Positions 14,953 to 23,900 of a DNA stretch of 64,000 bases are shown piece by piece. The notes under the pieces are model-generated. The model ran no database searches and was not told the origin of the DNA. It saw only the letters and a program-made list of their open reading frames with translations. Location of the stretch: assembly GCA_964291495.2 (NCBI GenBank), contig OZ219871.1, forward strand, positions 1 through 64,000, read 5' to 3'. Both the position numbers and the translations under genes were made by a program. This stretch comes from Dehalococcoidia bacterium. GTDB lineage: Bacteria; Chloroflexota; Dehalococcoidia; UBA2979. Each line of letters starts with the position of its first letter. The first letter of the stretch is position 1.

Positions 14953-15474
14953 CTATCCACCCTGGCCGGCGATCGCCTCGTCGAGGAGCTCGCGCAGCGC
15001 CACCTCGCGCAGCGGACCGAAGGTCGTCTTCAGCACGTCGCTGGCGTCGGCAGTGACGACCGCGAAGGACGGGTGCCGGCCGACGCCCAGCTCCCTCGCC
15101 AGGTCACGCTCCGCCGATTCGTCGAAGTCGAGGACCACGAAGTTGACCCGGTCCTGGTATTCCTCCCGAAGCCCGTGCACGACGGGCCGCGCGATCGCGC
15201 AGGACGGTCACCAGATCGCATCGACGAAGACGAGCGTCGGCTTGCCGTTCGCGGGGACGTAGGCGCCGGTGGAGTCGACGCGGTCGCCCGGAAACTGGTA
15301 GCCGGCTGGCACGAGCACCGCCGGCCCGGTGGGGAAGCCCGCTCCCGCCGCCGTTGCGTCGGACGACGCCGCCGATGACGCGGGAGCGCCCTCGTCGCCA
15401 CCGGAGCAGGCGGCGACTAGCACCGCCCCGGCGAGGAGCGCGAACACGATGCCGAGAGCGCGCTGGATGCTCAT
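14953..15474 (-). CDS. Thioredoxin-fold lipoprotein, predicted selenoprotein (WUPSC; TGA at 15208-15210)
   Basis: ORFs 15208-15474 and 14953-15180 are in one frame: KPTLVFVDAIW-TGA-PSCAIARPVVHGLREEYQDRVNFV..HP; lipobox VAAC. Confidence 0.87.
15170..15188 (-). promoter_or_regulatory. Putative bacterial SECIS hairpin
   Basis: GGCCCGU-CGUGC-ACGGGCU, loop at +27..+31 after the UGA. Confidence 0.8.
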
Positions 15475-15562
15475 GCGGTCCGGACCTTCCTCGCGGGGGT
15501 GGCTGCCTGTCGGGGATCTCCGGGATCAAGGATATGACGCGACGCGGTTGTGCGGCGCGCGG

Positions 15563-16153
15563 CTAGCCCTCGTAGCGCGAGATCAGGGCGTCGAGCATGC
15601 CGCGCAGCTTGGGCTCGCGCTGCACCCCGAAGACCCTCGCGATCACCTCGGCCGAGTCGGGCGCGATCAGCAGGTAGGCGGGCGTCCCCGAGTAGCCGAG
15701 CGCTCGCGCCAGCCTGTCGTCCTCGCGGTCGTCGACATCCAACACCACGAAGTTCACCCGGTCCTGGTATTCCGTTCGGAGCCCATGCACGATGGGCCGC
15801 GCGATCTCGCAGAACTGTCACCAGATCGCATCGACGAACACCAGGGTCGGCTTGCCGTTCGAGGGCAGGTAGGCGCCCGTTGAGGCGACGCGATCCTCGG
15901 GCGGCGCGTAGCCGGCGGCCACGAGCACCGCGGGGCCGGTCGGGAAGGCATAGCTCTCCGGAGTCGGCGTTGGCGATGGCGTCGGGGTCGGCGTCGCCTC
16001 GGGAGTCGCGACGACGGTCGGCGCGGGCGTCGCGGCGGGCGCCGGCGCGTCCTCGCCGCCCCCGCCCGTGCAGGCGGCGCCGAGCGCCGCGCAGGCGAGA
16101 ACCAGCAGTGCGAGGATCGGGATACGGAAGCGGCGTGCGCGGGATTGCAGCAT
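15563..16153 (-). CDS. Thioredoxin-fold lipoprotein, predicted selenoprotein (WUQFC; TGA at 15818-15820)
   Basis: ORFs 15818-16399 and 15563-15790 are in one frame: KPTLVFVDAIW-TGA-QFCEIARPIVHGLRTEYQDRVNFV..GTP; lipobox LGAAC; TATGAT 7 nt before ATG 16153. Confidence 0.87.
15780..15798 (-). promoter_or_regulatory. Putative bacterial SECIS hairpin
   Basis: GGCCCAU-CGUGC-AUGGGCU, loop at +27..+31; A-U pair replaces the G-C pair of the other copies. Confidence 0.8.
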
Positions 16154-16190
16154 CGCTTCGATCATACGCCCGCGGGCCTGCCGCGACACG

Positions 16191-16817
16191 CTACTCGTAG
16201 GCGCCGCCGGCCGTGTCCGCATCGGCCACGCCGACCTCGAGCAAGTGGCCGACGACGGTTCCGAGGGCGGTCGTGCGCAGGATCCCGTCACGGTCGATGA
16301 AGAACGTCGCGGGCAGCGCGCGCACCCCGTAGCGTCGCGCGACCTCGCCACCGGACGTATCGAACATGATCGGGAACGTGAGCCCGAACTCCTCGACAAA
16401 GGCTTCGGCCGCGGCGCGCGTGTCCGTCGGCAACAGGTTCACGGCGAGGATCACGAGGTCGTCGGGACCGTCCGGCCCGCGCTCCTCCCACAGTTCCTGG
16501 AAGTCCGGCATCTCCCGGTGGCAGGGCACGCACCAGCTGGCCCAGAAGTTCAGCACGACGGTCTTGCCTCGATAGTCGGAGAGCCGCACCGCGCCGCCCC
16601 CGAGCGCGTTCAGCAGGAAGTCCGGCGCGGGCCGGTCGACGTCCACGAGAGCGTCGTCCAACAGCCCGATCGTGGCCCGCCGCGGCGTCGGTGTTTGCGT
16701 GGGTGTCGCCGTCGCGACGGCGGTCGCGGTCGCCGGCGGCTCGGCGCCGCCGTCCCCGCAGGCGGCCGCGATCAGCAGCAGGCAGGCAAGCGCCGAGAGG
16801 GCGAGGCGCCGCAGCAT
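16191..16817 (-). CDS. TlpA/ResA-family disulfide reductase lipoprotein
   Basis: [41 protein letters not shown]; lipobox IAAAC. Confidence 0.92.
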   Translation of the reverse strand: MLRRLALSALACLLLIAAACGDGGAEPPATATAVATATPTQTPTPRRATIGLLDDALVDVDRPAPDFLLNALGGGAVRLSDYRGKTVVLNFWASWCVPCHREMPDFQELWEERGPDGPDDLVILAVNLLPTDTRAAAEAFVEEFGLTFPIMFDTSGGEVARRYGVRALPATFFIDRDGILRTTALGTVVGHLLEVGVADADTAGGAYE

Positions 16818-16841
16818 GACGACCTCGGGCCGCCGTTCGGT

Positions 16842-17438
16842 CTAGCCGCCACCGCCGGCGTCCGCCTTCTCCACGCCGGCGGGGAGCAGGTTGCCGAAGA
16901 CGGGGCCGTAGTTGACCCCGCGCACCACGCCGTCACGGTCGATGAAGAACGTCGCCGGCAGCCCCCGCACGCGGTAGCGCTCCGCCACCGCGCCGTCCGC
17001 AGTGTCGAACAGCACCGGGAACGTGAACCCGTTGCCCTCGATGAACTTGCGGGCATCGGTCATCGTGTCCTGCACGAGGAAGTCGAGCGCGAGCATCACG
17101 AGGTCGTCCGCGCCGTCCGCGCCGCGCTCATCCCACAGCTCCTGGAACTCGGGCATCTCCTCGCGGCAGGGCGGACACCAGCTCGCCCAGAAGTTGAGCA
17201 CCACTGTCTTGCCGCGGAAGTCGGAGAGCATGACCGTCTCGCCATCGAGGTCCGTCAGCGCGAAGTCGGGCGCGGGCTGATCGATGGCCACCGACAGGTC
17301 GTCGAGCAGGCCGATCTCGACCATCACGCCCTCGCTCGTCATGCCCTCGTCGACGTGCGGGTCGATGAACTCGCGCTGCACGAAGAGCGCGGCGATCACC
17401 GCCACGATCAGGAAGGCCAGCCTTCTGTTCTCCTGCAT
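16842..17438 (-). CDS. TlpA/ResA-family disulfide reductase, membrane-anchored
   Basis: [27 protein letters not shown]-terminal hydrophobic anchor. Confidence 0.92.
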   Translation of the reverse strand: MQENRRLAFLIVAVIAALFVQREFIDPHVDEGMTSEGVMVEIGLLDDLSVAIDQPAPDFALTDLDGETVMLSDFRGKTVVLNFWASWCPPCREEMPEFQELWDERGADGADDLVMLALDFLVQDTMTDARKFIEGNGFTFPVLFDTADGAVAERYRVRGLPATFFIDRDGVVRGVNYGPVFGNLLPAGVEKADAGGGG

Positions 17439-17486
17439 ACCCGCACCCCTTCCCGATCACGCCCGCGGACCGGGCGCAGCCCCCCG

Positions 17487-18824
17487 TCAGGAGCGATCCA
17501 CGTCACTCTCGAGGATGACACGCGTCTCCGGCTTGAACACCGCCCAGGCGAACCAGAAATGGTTGCCGGAGACGAGCGGCGTCAGTTGCTGCCCCGCCAG
17601 CGGCCCCGACACCGCGCGGCCGAGCACGTCCCACGTGCTGCCCGTGCCAGCGTCGACGATCGCGCCGTCGCGCGCCTCGAAGCGCAGCCGCTCGCCGTCG
17701 AGGAACGGGCTGAACGCGCCGGCGGAGCCGACGTTGCGGCTGCCGATGATGAACGCCTCGTCGAGGGCGGAGACCTGCCCCGGCTGCCAGAAGGCGACGA
17801 CCTGCTCGCCGCCGACCTCGGCCTCGATGACCACGAGTTCGCTCAGCGCGCTGAACGGGAACGCTGCCGTCTCGCCTCCGAGTTCGAGCGTCAGCACGCG
17901 CTCTTTGGCGGAGAGCTGGTTGTTGAACTCACCGACGGGGAAGAGCGTCCTGCCGCTGGAGTCGTAGAGGACGTAGGGATTCTCGCCGTAGTTCCGCGCG
18001 TGGCCGGTCTCGCGGCTGAGCACGACGCCGTCCTCGAAGGCCGCGCGGAACTCCCCGAAGGAGACGAGCTGGGCGGGCAGGAACTCCAGCACCACGCCCG
18101 TGTCGCGTCCGACGATCGCCTCGCCCGTGAGCTGTTGCCACAGCGTCTCGGTCTGGCGGTCGTACATGATGAGATCGCTGTTGCGCAGGCTGCCGGAGAC
18201 GCCGAACGTGCGCTCCTCGCCGTTCACGACGCGCGAGAAGGCGATCGCCGAGTTGCAGAGGGGGCAGTAGGTCACGATCACCGGCTCGCCGCCGACCACG
18301 TCGTTGACGATCTCGTGCCAGGTCAGGATCTCCAACGGGTAGGCGCGCGCGTCCCCGTTGCGCTCGAAGGCGATCACCGGCGCCTCCGCCGAGAGCCACT
18401 CCGAGGCCTCCTCGATCGTCAGGAAGCGCGGCTCGTCGATCGCCGGGATCGCGTCGGGCGGGATCACCGACCTGATCTCGGCGAGGTTCACCGAGCGCTT
18501 GCTGAGATCGATCCTCGGGAAGTTGCCCTCGAGGATCCGCGCCAACTGCCGTTCGACAGCGTCGGCCGCATCGCGCAGCGGCGTGGGCGTAGGCGTCGGT
18601 GCGGGCGGCGTCGCGGTGGCGGCCGGCGCCGTCGCGGTTACCGTCGCCTCGGGGGTCATCGTGGGCGACGCCTGCGCGGTCGCGGCGGAGGTGGCGGCGG
18701 CCTCAGGCGCGGGGTCGGGCTGAGCGTCGCTGCCGCAGGCCGCGAGGAGCGCCGCAGCGGCGAGGACGAGGCCCGGCCATGCCTGCAGCCGCACCCCCCT
18801 CCGCGCACGTCCGGCGTCAGCCAT
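17487..18824 (-). CDS. DUF3179 domain lipoprotein (Cys form, CPLC)
   Basis: PPDAIPAIDEP, AYPLEILTWHEIVND, VTYCPLCNS, YDRQTETLWQQ, FWFAW; lipobox LAAC. Confidence 0.88.
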   Translation of the reverse strand: MADAGRARRGVRLQAWPGLVLAAAALLAACGSDAQPDPAPEAAATSAATAQASPTMTPEATVTATAPAATATPPAPTPTPTPLRDAADAVERQLARILEGNFPRIDLSKRSVNLAEIRSVIPPDAIPAIDEPRFLTIEEASEWLSAEAPVIAFERNGDARAYPLEILTWHEIVNDVVGGEPVIVTYCPLCNSAIAFSRVVNGEERTFGVSGSLRNSDLIMYDRQTETLWQQLTGEAIVGRDTGVVLEFLPAQLVSFGEFRAAFEDGVVLSRETGHARNYGENPYVLYDSSGRTLFPVGEFNNQLSAKERVLTLELGGETAAFPFSALSELVVIEAEVGGEQVVAFWQPGQVSALDEAFIIGSRNVGSAGAFSPFLDGERLRFEARDGAIVDAGTGSTWDVLGRAVSGPLAGQQLTPLVSGNHFWFAWAVFKPETRVILESDVDRS

Positions 18825-19049
18825 GCTGCCTCCTCGCGTCCGCCCTCGGCCACTTCCGAGGCGGGAACGCACTGCGTTCGTGCGATGCGGAAACCTCCAT
18901 GATCCGCCCTCCCGGGCCTCCATTCCATGATACGTCGCGACCCCTCTACGGACCGCGCCGGCGGGCTTCACGAGGCCGGGACTGGTGGCCTCGATCCGGC
19001 GAGACTACGATGGCGCCGATCGCGGACAAGCGGCGCGGGGAGGCGGCGG

Positions 19050-19850
19050 ATGGACCAGCAAGCGCTCGACGGCGCCGCCGGGATCCTCGCGAGCGCCACC
19101 CACACCGTCGCGCTCACCGGGGCGGGCATCTCGAAGGAGTCGGGCATCCCCACCTTCCGAGGCCCGGACGGCCTCTGGACCAAGCGCGGCGAGCCGCCGC
19201 TCAACGGCTACCAGATCTTCCTCCAGGACCCCGCGGCCTGGTGGGAGCAGCGCATCGAGCAGCTCGAGCAGCCCGACGAGTTCCGTAGCTCCTTCGAGAC
19301 GGCGCAGCCGAACGCGGGCCATCGCGCGCTCGCCGCGCTCGAGGAGCTGGGCGCGCTGCACCACGTCATCACGCAGAACGTCGACGACCTGCACCGCCGC
19401 GCCGGCACGCAGTCGCTGACCGAGATCCACGGCAACACCAACTGGATGCGCTGCCTCAGCTGCTACGCGCGCTGGCCTCGCGAGGAGTTCCCGGTCGACC
19501 GCGATCAGCTCCCGCCGCTCTGCACCCAGCCCGGTTGCGAGGGCATCGTGAAGAGCGACGGCGTGATGTTCGGCGAGCCGATCCCGCTCGAGGCCCTCGA
19601 GCGCTGCGGGCTGGAGGCGCGGCTCTGCGACGCCTTCATGATCATCGGCACCACCGCCGTCGTGTACCCCGCCGCCGAGTACCCGCAGATGGCCGTCCGC
19701 CGCGGCGTCCCGCTGATCGAGGTCGACCCCGACCCCACGGCGCTGACCGACCTCGCGACCGTCGTGCTGCGCGGCCCGGCCGGCGAGGTGCTTCCCGCGC
19801 TTGTCGAGGCCGTGCGCGCGCGGCGCGAGGCGGACGCAGCCACGCCGTGA
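19050..19850 (+). CDS. cobB: Sir2/CobB-family NAD-dependent deacylase
   Basis: LTGAGISKESGIPTFRG, ITQNVDDLH, EIHGN, Zn-binding Cys, VYPAA. Confidence 0.9.
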   Translation: MDQQALDGAAGILASATHTVALTGAGISKESGIPTFRGPDGLWTKRGEPPLNGYQIFLQDPAAWWEQRIEQLEQPDEFRSSFETAQPNAGHRALAALEELGALHHVITQNVDDLHRRAGTQSLTEIHGNTNWMRCLSCYARWPREEFPVDRDQLPPLCTQPGCEGIVKSDGVMFGEPIPLEALERCGLEARLCDAFMIIGTTAVVYPAAEYPQMAVRRGVPLIEVDPDPTALTDLATVVLRGPAGEVLPALVEAVRARREADAATP

Positions 19851-20818
19851 CGTCGCGCTACGACCCCCGAGGCGACCCGCTCGGCGTCCTGATCGGCACG
19901 GAGCGCGGGCTCTGGCAGCTGCTTCCCGGCGAGCCGCTGCGCTGCATCCTCCCCGACCTCGCGATCGCCTCGATCGACGTGCGGGGCGAGGTCGCGCTCG
20001 CCGCCGCGCCGGGGCGCGGGGTCTGGCAGCACGAGGGCGGCCACGCGACGGCCTGGCGGCAGGTCTGGGAGGGCGACCCGCGCTGCGTGCGCATGCGCGC
20101 CGAGGGCGTCCGCTACATCGGCGCGGCGCCCGCCGCGCTGCTGCGGGCGGAGCCCGGCGAGGAGCAGTGGGCGGCCTCGCAGAGCCTCGACAGCGTGGTG
20201 CGCTACCAGCGCACGCGCAGCCGCGGTCCGGCCGGATCGCGCTGGGAGCTGAGCGCGATCGCCTTCCCAGGCAGCGCGCTGCTCGTCGCCGTCGGCGGCG
20301 CGGGCACCTGGCTCTCGAACGACGAGGGCCGCAGCTGGATGCCGCGTTCCGAGGGCATCAACCCGGACGTGACCGGCCTCAAGGAGCATCCCGAGCGCAG
20401 CGACCGCGTCTACGCGACCACCGGCGGCGGCCTCTTCCGATCCGAGGACGGCGGCTTCAGCTGGCTGCAGTCGATCACTGGCCTCGACCGCACGGTGGCG
20501 CACAGCGTGGCGGTGCTGCCGGGCGCGCCGGACGCGCTCGTGCTGGGGGCGTCGCGCCGCGCCGGGGGCGTCGGCGGCGCGCTGTTCCGCTCGGTCGACG
20601 GCGGGGTGCGCTGGATTCGCCTGATCCTCGGCGACGAGGACGAGTGGCCGGAGGCGCCGCTTGTCGCCGCCCTCCCGGGGAGTCGCGACACCGTCTTCGC
20701 CCTCGCCGCCGGCGTGATCTGGGCCTCGCACGATCGAGGCGGCGACTGGCGCCCCCTCACCGACCCCTCGGCGCGCTCCACCCTGCCGCTCGCCCACTGC
20801 CTCGCCGTCGCGCTCTGA
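19847..20818 (+). CDS. BNR/Asp-box beta-propeller protein
   Basis: Repeated SxDxGxxW boxes (SNDEGRSW, SEDGGFSW, SVDGGVRW, SHDRGGDW); GTGA overlap with the sirtuin stop. Confidence 0.8.
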   Translation: MTSRYDPRGDPLGVLIGTERGLWQLLPGEPLRCILPDLAIASIDVRGEVALAAAPGRGVWQHEGGHATAWRQVWEGDPRCVRMRAEGVRYIGAAPAALLRAEPGEEQWAASQSLDSVVRYQRTRSRGPAGSRWELSAIAFPGSALLVAVGGAGTWLSNDEGRSWMPRSEGINPDVTGLKEHPERSDRVYATTGGGLFRSEDGGFSWLQSITGLDRTVAHSVAVLPGAPDALVLGASRRAGGVGGALFRSVDGGVRWIRLILGDEDEWPEAPLVAALPGSRDTVFALAAGVIWASHDRGGDWRPLTDPSARSTLPLAHCLAVAL

Positions 20819-20900
20819 GCGTCCGAGCGTGCGCGGATCGGGGAACCTCCGGTACGTCCGTGTCGTCTAACCTCTCAGGAACTGTTGGGAGGGGGCCATC

Positions 20901-23900
20901 GTGCCGCTGCGTCGCGCGCTCGCCCTGCCCCTCACCGTCCTCGTGCTGTCGCTCGCCGCCGCCCTGACGGCGTGCACGGACGACCCGGTCGAGCCTCCCG
21001 CACCGCCCGCGACGGCGACCGTCCAGCCGACGCCGGCTGCCACGGCGACACCCCCGCCGACGCCAGCCGCAACGCCCACGCCCACGCCCACGCCTACGCC
21101 CACGCCCACGGCGACGGCAACGAGGACCGCGACGCCCTCGCCGACCGCGACGGCCACGCCCATCCCTACGCCGACCGCCACCGCAACGGCGTTGCCAACC
21201 CCAACGCCCACGCCGACCGCGACCCCGACGCCCGAGCCAGCAGCAAGCCCGACGCCCTCCCCCACGACCTTCCGCTACACCACCTACGACACGAGCGGCG
21301 CCGTCGCCGAGCCCGGCAGCTACGCCTTCCTCGCCGACCCCGCCGACGCCTCGAGCGTCGTCACGACGTACGAGGGCCTGCGCGACGGCACGGCGAGGGC
21401 GCTGCGCATCCACGCCACGGACGCGGACGGCGTCTCCCGCGCCGCCTTCCTCGACACCGTCGAGGTGGGCGACCTGTTCGAGTGGCGGCAGGCCGAGGAC
21501 TGCTTCGTGCGCTACACGGTGACGGAGCTCCTACCCGACCCCTCGGGGACGCCTCGGAGGCTGCTCGGCGTCGAGTGGATGACCTACGCCTTCACGGGCT
21601 GCAGCGGGCCGATCGCGGCGGAGGCCGCAGTCACGGTCGACTGGGGGGAGTTGCCGGACCTCGGCGGTACCAGTCTGACGGCGCCGGTGGTGCACGGGAT
21701 TTACCAGCTCGTGCCAGCAGGCTGGACCGGGGAAACCGAGGAGCCGGAGCTGCATTCGTCTGCCGTCACCTCCTACGAGAACCCCATCCGGACCGACGAC
21801 CCTGCTGTCGCGAGGACGCTCCCCTACTGGCGCGACCCGGAACTGCCGGACGGCTGGACCCTCGATTGGGTCACCAGTGGCGGCGTGCCCGACCCCGCTT
21901 ATGGGTATTGCGCGACGTACCTCACGGAACCCCGGCCCTCGGCGCTGGACGGAGGGGCGCTGCGGCGCGTCCGGGGAGTCGAGGTGTGTGGCTATCACGC
22001 CAGCGCCAGGCTGGATGTCGAGGCGGCGTCCTGGCGCAACGGCTCAAGTGTATCGGAGACCCGCACGATCGCGGGTAGACCGGCCCGCATCACCTACAGC
22101 CCGCCAGGGCCAAATTACGACCGGCGCGCCTACATCCGCGTGTGGGTGTACGACCCTGCGACGAAGAGCGAGTACTTCCTCATTGGAGGCGGTCTTCTTC
22201 GCGGGAACAACGTTGATCCGGTGATTGCAATCGCACGCAGCCTCTTCGAGCCTCCGAACCCGCTCGCACCCCCCACCACCTTCCGCTACACCACCTACGA
22301 CACGACCGGCGGGGTCGCCGAATCCGGCAGCTACGCCTTCCTCGCCGACCCCGCCGACACCTCGAGCGTCGTCACGACGTACGAGGGCCTGCGCGACGGC
22401 ACGGCGAGGGCGCTGCGCATCCACGCCACGGACGCCGACGGCGTCTCCCGCGCCGCCTTCCTCGACACCGTCGAGGTGGGCGACCTGTTCGAGTGGCGGC
22501 AGGCCGAGGACTGCTTCGTGCGCTACACGGTGACGGAGCTCCTACCCGACCCCTCGGGGACGCCTCGGAGGCTGCTCGGCGTCGAGTGGATGAGCTACGC
22601 CTTCACGGGCTGCAGCGGGCCGATCGCCGCGGAGGGCGCCGTCACGGTGGACTGGGGGGAGTTGCCGGATCTTGGCGGGACCAGCCTGACGGCGCCCGTG
22701 GTGCACGGCATCTACCAGATCGTCCCTGCCGGGTGGAAGGGCGCAACCGTGGAGCCGTTGGTCGACTTCAGTGGGCCGGACCAGCCTGAGCGCCTTCACT
22801 CGTACGAAACACTTGCCGAGGCGCGCCAGCTCCCCTACTGGCGCGATCCGGCGCTTCCTGAGGGGTGGGTACTCGAGGGCGCCACGATTGGGTTCGAGGG
22901 ACCGCGCTACGGCTACTGCGCGATCTTCCGTACGGAAGAACGGACAAGGCGAAACAACGAGGTCTACCGCAACTACGGCTTTGATATCTGCGGTCTGCAC
23001 GTCACCGGGTGGTATCACCCGGAGATCGCATCGTGGCATGACGGGGCCAGCGTCAGGGAGACCCGTGTGGTCGCCGGTCGCCCTGCCATTGTCATCTACA
23101 GCCCCGAAGGACCGGGTAGCAGACCCGACTTCCCCATCAACATCTGGGTCTACGACCCGGAGACGGAGACCGATTATCACCTCGGTGCAGCCGACGGGAG
23201 CATCAGCGGCTCGAACATCGATGCGGCACTGGCGATCCTCCGGGGCCTGTTCGAGCCTCCGAATCCGCTGACGCTAGAGACCACCTTCCGCTACACCACC
23301 CACGACACGACCGGCGCCGTCGCCGAGCCCGGCAGCTACGCCTTCCTCGCCGACCCCGCCGACACCTCCAGCGTCGTCACCACGTACGAGGGCCTGCGCG
23401 ACGGCACGGCGAGGGCGCTGCGCATCCACGCCACCGACGCCGACGGCGTCTCCCGCGCCGCCTTCCTCGACACCGTCGAGGTGGGAGACCTGTTCGAGTG
23501 GCGGCAGGCCGAGGACTGCTTCGTGCGCTACACGGTGACGGAGCTGCTACCCGGCCCCTCGGGGCCGCCTCGGAGGCTGCTAGGCGTCGAGTGGATGACG
23601 TACGCCTTCACTGGCTGCAGCGGGCCGATCGCGGGGGAGGAGGCTGCCGTCACGGTCGACTGGGGCGAGCTACCTGACCTCGGCGGGGCGAGCCTGACCG
23701 TTCCGGTCGTGCACGGGGCGTTTCAACTTGGCCCGAGAGGTTGGACCGGTGCCGAAATGCCGCGCGAGAGACGGAATCCACCGAGCTACTCCGACATCAA
23801 CCCCGTCTACACGACCAGTGTCGCAGAAGCGCAACACCTTCCCTACTGGCGCGATCCGGTGTTGCCCGCCGGATGGACACTCCACGAGGCGGCTAGCGGG

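Noticed and set aside
13770-15820. Genome-wide TGA reassignment (code 4/25)
   Set aside because: TGA is a normal stop in many genes here (P450, HIT, sirtuin, MerR) and no other gene is interrupted.
13509-16153. Three pseudogenes or six separate small genes
   Set aside because: The same in-frame TGA at the catalytic column, intact downstream frames and the conserved hairpin argue for recoding.
19050-20818. Sir2-based anti-phage system
   Set aside because: The sirtuin is a canonical Zn-finger CobB-type deacylase, not a SIR2_2 NADase, and there is no defence context.
20871-20895. Hairpin covering the RBS of the large lipoprotein
   Set aside because: Short and wobble-rich; expected by chance at this GC content.
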